Below are positions 47,684-64,000 of a stretch of DNA of 64,000 nucleotides, one piece after another. The position numbers were made by a program, and so were the translations under genes. Numbering within the stretch: position 1 is the stretch's first letter; each line of letters opens with the position of its first letter. The notes beneath the pieces are model-generated. The model was not told where the DNA came from, searched no databases, and saw nothing but the letters and a program-made list of their open reading frames with translations. This DNA is from the human T2T-CHM13v2.0 reference genome, Homo sapiens: assembly GCF_009914755.1 (NCBI RefSeq), contig NC_060947.1, one strand, 5' to 3'.

Positions 47684-49875
47684 TCATAAAACCATGCCAA
47701 TGAGTAATCATGCAGGACTGTGTATCACAAACAGAATACCAAGAAATGTAAATACCTTCTGCAGAAGCGCAAGCATATGTAAACCAACTCAATATAATCT
47801 GGAAGGTCATTAAATTACATTATACTATACTTTAGAAATATAATGTCTTTGTGATATCCTGAGACAAGCAGATTATTTAAAATGTTCTGACTTTCGCAGT
47901 GACATTGTGCCTTTTTTGTGTTCCAAAATTTTCTTTTGATAAGCATTTCTAAATAACTTGGGATTTATCCTTTTTCATTTATGAAGGCCTTTTATCTGCT
48001 AATAGAAAGAAGAAAAAAAGATATGCTATGATCATTTTGCATACTGCCTCATTGCTAGAGATGCTTTCCCTCACAGGATACATAATTTCTTGGAATAGAC
48101 TATTGTTCCTAGAAGATAATTAGTGACTGTTTTTTTTTTTTTTTTTTGGTTTTTTGCCTGTCAATAGAAGTGAAAACAGTAGTTGGCATGCTCACCTACT
48201 TGATTATAGCTATTACATCAATCAGCATCCTTTTCCTATGCTTCATCATCATTTATCTCAATAATTATATATTGTTTCATTTTTCTCACCATTTTTTCTT
48301 TAGCATTAACTATACACAAATTTATTTAAAATGGCTGAAATTAGTCATGCAATCAGTTGGAATTCATCCTCACAACATTTATGCAAAATCTACTGCAGTA
48401 ATTGTTTTAAAAGTGAAATTTAAAAATATTGAACCACCTTTATTTATTCTACATCTAGTCGTACTCTCTTTTGTTTACCCTCCATGTTTTTCTCCACTCA
48501 TTTGGTCAGAATCAGGGTTTAGTGGGTGGTTAAATGTGTTCTGGGATCTGCCGTGAGTCTTGGTGCATCAAACAGGGCTGAAGACAATGAAAGCTGTGGC
48601 ATAAAGGACAAATGTAGAAGGTGAAAAACGAATAGAGACCCTGAACCTTAACATTATCTCCATGTTGACCACGGTTTCCTTTGGTATTCTTGAGTAATTC
48701 TATGACGAAAATAATGAATAGAGTATTTTCATTGTTTCTTTTACCTTGGAGGTTTATCAAGATGTTGGACAGCAACGAAATGTAAATTCCGTAACTCATG
48801 TGTTAGGACACTACTTCATAATAAATATTTTTTAATGAGAAAAAACTAAATCATGATTATATCCAATTTGCCAGTTAAATATGTTCCACACATCAGTGAA
48901 CTAAGGAAGTGCTGGAGAATTGTTCTTAGTAACTTGGATAAGCAGGACCCCGATTGTATTAGTCAAAAAATAAATTTGGGTGTATACTTTTTATTGATGT
49001 GTCATAGTTATACACATTTTGGGGTGTATGTGATATTTTGATGAATGTAGGCAATGTGTAATGATCAAATCAGGGTAATGGGGATAGCCCTCATCTCAAA
49101 TATTTACCAATTCTTTATGTTGGTGGGAACATTACAATTCTTCTCTTCTAGCTATTATGATATATGCAATAAAGTATTCCTAATTATAATTTTCCTGCTG
49201 TACAATAGAGTACTAGAATTTATTCCTTCTATCTAACTATATTTTTGTACATGTTAATCAACTTCTCTTCAACTGCCCAAAGCAATTGACACATTCATTG
49301 CAATCCCTATCAAAGTACTAATGTCATTTTTCACAGAAGTAGAAAAAAAATCCTAAAATTCATATGGAACGAAATGGAGCCCAAGGAGCCAAAGCAATCC
49401 TAATCAGAAAGAACAAAGTTGGAGGCATCACACTACTTGAGTTCAAATTGTACTACACAGCAACAGTAACCAATACAGAATGGAACTGGCACAAAAACAA
49501 ACACATACACCAATGGAACGAAATAGAGTTGTTATGACCAACCATTCTATTCTCTACCTTCATAAGATTGACTTGTTTTGCTCTCACATATGAGTGAGAA
49601 AATGTGATATTTTTCTTTCCGTGCCTGGCTTATTTCACGTAATATAATGACTTTCCATCTATCTTGCTGCAAATGACAGATTTTCATACTATTTTATTGC
49701 TGAATAGTATTCCAATGTGTACATATGCCACATTTTCTTTTTATTATTTTGAGGAAACTCCATAGAGTTTTCCACAATGGCAGTACTACTTTACGTTTCC
49801 ACCAACAGTGTACAGGCATTCACTTTTCTCTGCAGCCTCTCCAACATTTGTTATTTTTTGTCTTTTTGATAATAA

Positions 49876-50119
<244 letters not shown>

Positions 50120-50163
50120 TGAGTTGTTTGAGCTCTTTATATATTCTACTTACTAATCCCGTG

Positions 50164-50545
50164 TGTATTAGTTCATTCTTGAATTCATATAAGGAACTAC
50201 CTGAGACTAGGTAATTTATGAAGAAAAGAGGTTTAATTGACTCACAGTTCTGCAGGCTGTGCAGGAAGCATGGCTAGGGAGGCCTCAGGGAATTCACAAT
50301 CAGGCAGAAGTGAAGAAGAAGCAGGCACATCTTCATATGGCAGAGCAGGAGAGAGACAGCGAAGGGGGAAGTGCTACACACTTTTAAACAACCAGATCTC
50401 CTGCGAACTCACTCACTATCATGAGAACAGCAAGAGGGAAGTCCGCCCCCATGATCCAGTCACCTCCCACAAGGCCCCTCCTCCAACATTGAGGATTACA
50501 ATTCGACATGAGATTTGGATGGGGATGCAGAGCCAAACCATATCA
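50164..50545 (-). mobile_element. THE1D solo LTR
   Basis: aaggaactacctgagact...gaagaaaagaggtttaattgactcacagttctgcaggctg...agccaaaccatatca; TSD ccgtg/ccttg. Confidence 0.88.
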
Positions 50546-51959
50546 CCTTGTCAGGTAGATCATTTGCAGATAATTTCTTCCATTTTGTAGGTTGTCTCTT
50601 CACTTTGTTAACTGTTTCCTTTGCTGTGCAAAAGCTTTGTAGCCTAATGTAATCTCAATTATCTGTTTTTGCATTGGTTGCCTGTGCTTTTGAGGTCTTA
50701 ACCAAAAAATCTTTGCTCAGAGCAATGTCCCCTAGCATATCCCCAATGTTTTTGTCTAGTAGTTTTATACTTTCAAGTCTTATATTTAAGTCTTTAATCC
50801 ATTTTGAGTTTATTTTTGTATATGGTAAAAGATGGGTATCTACTTTTCTGAATATGAATATCCATGTTTCCCACACCATTTATTAAAGAGACTATCCTTT
50901 CCCCAATGTATGTTCCTGGTGCCTTTGTAAAAAATGAGTTGGCTGTAAGTGCATGGGTTTGCTTCTGGGCTCTCTATTCTGTTCCATTGGTGTATGTGTT
51001 TGTTTTTGTGCCAGTACCATTCTGTATTGGTTACTATTGCTTTGTAGTACAATTTGAACTCAAGTAGTGTGATGCCTCCAACTTTGTTCTTTCTGATTAG
51101 GATTGCTTTGGCTCCTTGGGCTCTATTTCGTTCCATATGAATTTTAGGATCTTTTTTCTACTTCTGTGAAAAATGACATTAGTACTTTGATAGGGATTGC
51201 AATGAATCTGTCAATTGCTTTGGGCAGTATGGTCATTTTAATGATATTAATTCTTCCAATGTATGATATGAGTGTGGGATGTCTTTTCATTTGTGTACAT
51301 CCTCTTCAACTTTCTTCATCAGTGTTTTATAGTTTTCCTTGTAGAGATCTTTCATCTCCTTGGTTAAACTTATTCATAGGTATTCTATTTTTTGTGCTAT
51401 TGTAAAGGGGATTTCTTTCTGAGCTAGTTAATTATTTGTGTATAGAAATGCTACTAATTTTTGTATGTTGATTATTATCCTGCAACTTCACTGAATTCAT
51501 TTATCAAATCTAAGAGTTTTTTGGTGGAGTTTTTAGATTTTTCTATGTATAAGATCGTGTCATCAGCAAGTAAGGATAATTTGACTTCTTTCTTTCAAAT
51601 TTGAATGCCATGTATTTCTTTCTATTGCCTAATTGTTTTTACAAAGACTTGCAGTACTATGTTGAATACAAGTGGTAAAAGTGGACATCTTTGTCTTGTT
51701 CCAGATCTGAGTGGAAAGGCTTTCAGTGTTTCCCTATTCAGTAAGTGAAGGATAGTAGAGATTAGCCAGAGCTTATCTCATAATAAATGACTATGACATT
51801 AGCCTAAAATATGAAACTTTCCAAGACCACTTCCCTTTGGGGGATCACAAGGAGATGAGTCATCAGTCACTGCCTTACATTTTTGAAATATAAATCAACA
51901 TTGAATAGTAAAATTAGCCTTATGGATAAAAAGAGGTGACTAAACTGATTTATAAAAAC

Positions 51960-52905
51960 TTGTCTCTGGATAATTAATCCACCCTAAACTTGCTTCTCTT
52001 ATGTTGTCTCCACATATGGTTAAATGGTACCACCATTCATGTGTTTGCTCAAGCTCATAACTAGGGATCATGCCCCTTAACTCATGAACATTCGTTTATA
52101 ATTCACATCTAGTCAGTCAGTAAATTTTGTTAGTTCTACTTACCAAATAGATACTTAAGGGAAAAAAATTCTACCACTTCCACCACCAACACTGTGCCGT
52201 CGCCTTTCAGTGGACTGCCTCAACATCTTCCTCCCTGCCTTCCTGCCTCCATTCTGCCTCTCTGCCTCCACACCACTTCATTCTCCCAGACTTGAACACC
52301 AAAATGCCAGAGTGATACCTCTGGTACAAATGCTACTTGGGGCTCTCTTATTTTTAAAACTCTCCAAAGCATTCCTCTTATACTTAAAATAAAACCCAAG
52401 TCCTTTCCATGTTCTACAAGGCCCTTCCTGCATTGGCCAGTGGCTATCTTTGAATTCATTGTCACTCTTTTTTTACATCATTATAGATACAGTGGCATTC
52501 TTTGCCCTCTCTTAAGCATGCCAAGTATACTCCATCTCAGCACCTTTGAACTTGCTCTTCCCTCTGCCTGGCATAAACATCCTCCAGGTTTTGCTATGAC
52601 TCACTTCCTCCCTTCTCACAGATATGTTCCAAATGATCATCAGAGCAAGCTTTCCTGACAGTTTTTTCTAAAATAGCATTTACATTAGTCTCTATCTCTT
52701 TAGCTGCTTTAATTTTCATAGTACTTATAATCACCTGGCATTATATTGTGTGTGTATCAATTTATATGATTATTTTGCATCTCCTTCTCTGGAATGCAGG
52801 CTTCATGAAAGCAGAAGTTTTGTCTGTCTTGTTCACTATTATAGCCCCTAGTACCTGGTAGAGAGGAAATATTTTAAAAATATTTTTTGAATGAATAAAT
52901 GAATA
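51960..52905 (+). mobile_element. L2a 3' region
   Basis: taaatggtaccaccattcat...ccatctcagcacctttgaacttgctcttccctctgcctgg...gtcttgttcact...ttgaatgaataaatgaat. Confidence 0.8.
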
Positions 52906-54189
52906 TTTTTATAGTTTAATTACAAACCACACTTATCAAATTAAATGAACAAAATACTAAGTATCAAAGCTAGCCAAATGAATTCCTTGGCTTTCCTAAA
53001 TACATGTCTTTTGATGGATATATTATGAGTTACTTCCTTGGAAGTATTTGTTCTGTCTCCTTGGCATGACTCTTAAGTTACCTTGTATATGTTGTTAGTT
53101 TAGTCATCAACTGACCTCCCCGCACCTTTCTGTTCAGTTGCTTAGTCACTCCTCACTCTTTGAGGCTCCTGAGGCTCCATGACTCCGTGGTTAGTCACCA
53201 CAATTATTTGCAACAGAAAGGAGAAATGTTGCCAACCCCAAAGCATTAGAGATAAGTGAAAAATAGAGCACCCCTTTCACCCCAAGTGGATTCACCTAGT
53301 AAATGTTGATGTTTTCTTCTGTCCATTTCCTTCTTCTGCAAGGACCATGAGATTGTGTTTACATTCTACAGCTCTCACAAGATGTATGCTCCAATATTAG
53401 AAACTAATGTTTAAACATTCCAGGCCAAAGAAAGCAAAACTGAAATTCCACTCTTGAGTCATTCAGAGGTTGAAGCATTATGGGTGATCCAAGTTCCCCT
53501 GACTATCTGTGAACACAGGCAGTTGTTTGTCAATTCTTTTAAGTTAAAAAAAAATGCACAAACAACCTATTGTAAAATGGAGTGAGTCAGTGCAATTGCA
53601 CAAAGCATGTTTTATTGTCAGCTGTATAAATCTGTGAATATTTTTCGTGACCAGTTTTAGTTGGTGGATTTAAATGAGGTCACCAAAAAGTTATCTCTGA
53701 GTATAGCACTCGCCACAGTGCATCATAAATATGCTCTCATCTATGAACATCCTTATGAATGACTCTATGTCTTACTCATTCTTTTATCTCTAAATTAGTA
53801 CTGACTATTTTAGGTCCTTCATAAATGCTTTTGAAATTGGATTATGGAGGTATTTATAATTATCTAGATTATAAGCTCTTTCAGGACTAAATGCTATGTT
53901 TTGTTTACATTTGATCCCCTTATAGTCCTGTACATTGCCTTGCATATTTAAAAGTCTTTAGAATATTTTTGTTGAATTGATTTGTTAAGTATAGATCAAT
54001 CCCCCTGCTATGGAAACTAATGTGGAAAGTGTTAATGATTCTTAAATCAGGGTCTAAACCCCTTTTGATCCTTTGGTTGGATGTCCAGTTCATTATTTCA
54101 CAAATAGTAATATTTTTCTTGTCAGGCTATATAGGCTGCTAAATGCTATTATCCCAAACTTTGATGGATATAATTAGAACAGATTTATT

Positions 54190-54410
54190 TTCCGTCTACT
54201 ATATGCAGGAACTTAATCTGTTTTCCTATTAAATCCTCACGACAATTCATGCAGGAAGACTATGTCACATTCTCCATATAAAAAGACTGAGACTAAGAGA
54301 TGTTAAGTAATTTATCCAACTTGCCAAACAAATAAGGCAGAATCAGGAACTGTTAGACCTGTTTCCTTGAACACTAACTGTGTGAAATCTTTCCTACTCT
54401 ACCACAATGC
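54190..54410 (-). mobile_element. MIR
   Basis: aaatcctcacgacaa...ctccatataaaaagactgagactaagagatgttaagtaatttatccaa. Confidence 0.55.
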
Positions 54411-54427
54411 TTCTAAGAAACAAAGTG

Positions 54428-54752
<325 letters not shown>

Positions 54753-57700
54753 TTATGAAAATTATATATGACTTTGAAAGAAACATTTTATGGTAGGATA
54801 AGTATAGATATCCAAAATGTATCGAATATTCTCAATAGTATTTGAGGGATTAGTATGTGAAGGATTAAAATTAACTTTTAAAGGCGTGATTGTTCAACAG
54901 AGAAAGATACATGTATTATAGACACCTCACATTTCTCTCCACGTTAAGAACTTTAAAAAGACTCAAGAATCTTGGCCTCTTTACCCTGGTGTTGTCATAT
55001 TTGTTTTAGGAAGATAGTGTTTTACTTTTTACCGTTCCATAGCTCAAGTGTAAAAGGGATGGGGAAAAGAGGGAGAGGCTGTATCCCTTTATGAATACTC
55101 AGGAAAAGTTAATATAGATAGGGAATCAATCCTGTACACATCTTCATGTGTTCTGACTTCTAGATGTTTCTCTAACTGGTAGCTAGTAAGAAAAATTAGT
55201 GTCCTTAAAATGTTCCTTCTATTATGCAGAAGCTTTGTCAACTGAGACATTAATAACTCTGTAAGAGAGGTCTGTTATTATTTAAATGTCTATAGAGCTT
55301 TACCGTTGTTAATAGGATGTTCTGAAGAATAAAATGAGGTCTTGAAAATACTTTTGTTGGTGAATACAAAGCTATGTTTAATGCAAAATTAGTGAGAGAA
55401 AAATCTCTACTATAATTGCTGTGGGTTTTTGTGGACAAAATATGATTAGGATTTAAAATTACCCTGTGCTTCATATCATTACTGTTACACTTTGTTTAGT
55501 TTTCAAAGTGATTTCCATTTGTGAGTGAGTGTGCATATGTGTGTATAGGTGTTTTCAAGGAAGAGAGAAATGTCTTCGTAACACAAGTTGTTTTCTTAAC
55601 TATAAAAAGCCAGTTGGCTTAGTCATGGTCTAATGCTAAGAACGTTTCTTTTAAAATTGTAATTTGTTTGAATTTCCTTCTAGTTTCACCTTTGCCAGTG
55701 CAGAAAATAAAGAGGGTTTTTGTGGTTGTGTGTATGTTCATCTTGATTGGCCATTACCATAGCTGCATTTGTTTTCCAGTTCTGTGTTCTGTCAATTTAA
55801 TCCAACTAATATTTATGAAATACCATAATGTTCCAGAAACATTCAAATAATGGAAAATTCAGCTCATATTCTTCCTTTGTGACTTTGTGACAGCAAAATT
55901 GGTCACCCTCAAGTGACTGTAGAACTGAGCTACATCTTAGCTTTAGCAGTCACCTCCTTTTCACAGTCATTTTGCCAATGTGTCAAATCAGTGGCTCAGC
56001 CATTGTGGTCTCTGGAAGTTTCCCTTCACTTCTATCAAAGACAGGCAAATCACATGAGAAATGTATCCAACTGATACCCATGATAATACCAAAACATGAC
56101 ACTTACAGATGATGACAGATTGCATGGCAAGAGCTCTCTGCCGTAGGTTATGATTATTTAGTTGCATGTTTCCAGTCTTGTAACAGATTGCACACACCTT
56201 GAGGGGAGACTGCACAGACCCATGCAATATTTGCTTGACAGAATTTTCCAAGGAGCACATAACAAAGAATGGGGAGGAAAAGATCTAGGAAGGATTCTAG
56301 TTTGAATTTGCTCTGTTATTTTTGGCAAGCCTTTTGATCTTTTTGTACCTCAGATCCTTGATCTCTAAAATAATAGAGTTGAATCAGTCCAGTTTTTTTT
56401 TAAGTTATTAATATTTTTTATTAAATTAAAATTTATTTTTAAATTTTTATTAAAGTTTTTTAACTACAAAGCACCGTAAGGTATAAGGACAGAAACTAAA
56501 GATATTCCAAACCCTGTATCATAATATCTGGCACATTATTCTGTTTAATATATATCAGTTGAATTGAATTGGATTTGTTTGGTCAACATCTTGGGTGAAA
56601 TACTGATGTATAAGGTAAAATAAAAGCAGAACTAATTTTGTCAAAGAGGAATGGGTGGCACAACAAGGCAGGGAACTGAGCCCAGTGGGCACCCCCAAAC
56701 TCCACCTACTCAGAGGGGCATGGTGAAAATCATACCATGTTAGAGAACACAGTTTCCAAATCAAAGAACTTAATAACCGTGTAATTCTTCCTGGCTTCAA
56801 CATTCTATAATTCCATGACTGAGCTTTAAAGAATTCCTTTACTAACATCTAGTTTGCCACATGAAAGTAATATGAAAGATGTTAAGGATGTTGTAACATT
56901 ATGCCGTCAAGTGGGTGGTGGGTTATGATGGAGAACCACAAAACCGTTTTGTATTTCTGAACAAATGTACTGCATACGGGTTTTATTATCTTTCTCTGTA
57001 GATCTTTATTTTTTGCCTTACTGCAAACTAATGTGGTATGCGTTTGAACAGGGAACAGTTCTCTCAGGTGCTTTCTGTAAAAAACTGTCAAGTCGTCTAC
57101 TTGTAACTACATAGTCACAAGATTATATAAACTGACATAATTTACTGAATACAACACTTATTTAGATACCATAGTTGCTTTTGAAATTCACTGAAACCAT
57201 TTGATAACCAGAGTCTAAGAAATGTAGATTTCCAACCTATTAATGGCAAACTATTTTGCCAATATTTAGTGAATATAAGCTGATTATTTAGGCAGTAGAA
57301 AAATAAAATCCATTAAGATCACTTTAGGCAGGAAATAAGAGTATTAAAGATTAATCAGAGTGATATCATATCTTTGAGAAGAATTTCAAAGCGATTGATC
57401 TCATCCTATTACCCAAACTTTCCTTTGCCCTTTATTTCTGTCCTCTTGTTAAATAGTAATAAAGATGAATGGATAATTATTCCATGAGCTATGAACAAAA
57501 GCTATCAATCATATATGAGGTTGTTCTTCCAAACTAAAACTCAAAACTCATTCCTTTTATTCTCTGACTTGGGGCATGTCATTCCTTTGTACTTAATGTG
57601 TTTTCCTTTAAAAAGAAGAGGAGGCAAGCTGCTAAAGCTTGAATTCTTGAACCCTCTGGTGATAAGTATATGTGGCCAACTCTTGGCAATTCTGCCTAGA

Positions 57701-58643
57701 TTAGCCTTCCAGTTATCAACCAAGCTGGCATGTCCTCTTGGCAAGGAAGAAAGAAAGCCCTCAAAGCAAAAACATTTAGTTTAGCAATCCTTAAATGATA
57801 ATTTATATACTTGATACAGAGTAGAAATTTCGGTGACAGGTTTCAAGGGACCTAGGCAATTCGATGAGAGAGGGCAGGGCAGAGTGAGGAGGCTAGATGA
57901 AGGAGAGCTGACTAACTAAAGTCCAGATATAGTCTAGTTTAGCTAGGAATGAAGTATGCAATGGAAAACCTATCTTCAAGATTTCTAATGGCAAACTCTT
58001 AGATTTGTGGGCTGATAATTGAAGTTGACGAGAGCACAGAGCAGAAATGTGTAGAAGCTTAAAATCGAAGAGAGTATATCATGCAAATTAGCAATAAACA
58101 CTATAAAATGTAACGGATAATAGAAAGAGTTTAGACTAAATGGAAAATATCATTTAAAATATTCCCTTGGTGTGGGTGTGCATGCTTGTACTAATTTAAT
58201 GCCATATCTACCTCACTTAGATTATGTATGTAGGAAATACTTAATGTAATAACTAAATGGCAGATTTTGAAATGATGTGATCTAGGATATGGAAACTAGG
58301 AATGGAATTAAGAATAATGAGATAAATTTATGCCAAAAAAAATCATTGTAATACATGCCACATATATCATGTGTAGCTTTAATTAACACAGAAAAAAATG
58401 CAGGACATCCCATTAAAAGTAAAACAAAGAACAAATTGAAAATGCTTTCTGAAACACAGTTATATGTTCACAAGGACTGACCAATCCTGATGGTCTAATT
58501 CATTAGTGTCATGTGACTGTCAGTCTGGAAGTGTTATATTTTACTCACGTACAATCTAATAGCTTTTCAGCTTGCCTGAAGGTGTTATCTGCAGTATGTT
58601 CATCGTTACTTGGTAGAGCACTTTAACACTACTTTGAAAGTGA

Positions 58644-64000
<5,357 letters not shown>

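Noticed and set aside
49272-49528. L1 twin-priming inversion or an independent nested L1 insertion
   Set aside because: The segment is still present in its native position, and the copy has no poly-A tail or TSD.
55913-55953. Imperfect hairpin gtgactg...cagtcac
   Set aside because: About 41 nt with a bulge, a mismatch and wobbles; too short for a pre-miRNA and plausible by chance.

Overview
AT-rich, CpG-depleted primate (very probably human) genomic DNA, mostly intronic and dense in interspersed repeats. One coding exon is identifiable, and it is missing from the supplied ORF track. It is a 75-nt phase-1/phase-1 exon at 58735-58809 (+) encoding (A)[24 protein letters not shown](G), which I recognise from memory as exon 6 of X-linked IL1RAPL1. 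The window is therefore the 3' end of intron 5, exon 6 and the start of intron 6. Repeats include 16 Alus, a near-full-length ~6.7-kb degenerate L1MA, further L1/L2/MIR fragments, MaLR and ERV1 solo LTRs (one nested in another) and hAT/Tigger DNA-transposon fossils. Subfamily names are from recall of consensus sequences and are approximate. I found no evidence of a new gene system. The most unusual signals are templated-insertion scars: (i) a ~300-bp non-repeat, A-tailed insert between perfect 35-bp direct repeats; (ii) a 248-bp, 97.6%-identical inverted copy of an old L1 segment pasted back into the same L1; (iii) a 58-bp copy of unique sequence from 2.3 kb away inside an AluJ, with stuttered junctions; and several micro-scale cases. 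There is also a candidate RFX/E-box/AP-1 element next to a consensus splice donor, an AP-1 motif cluster, and a (UG)23 tract abutting an antisense-Alu splice acceptor.
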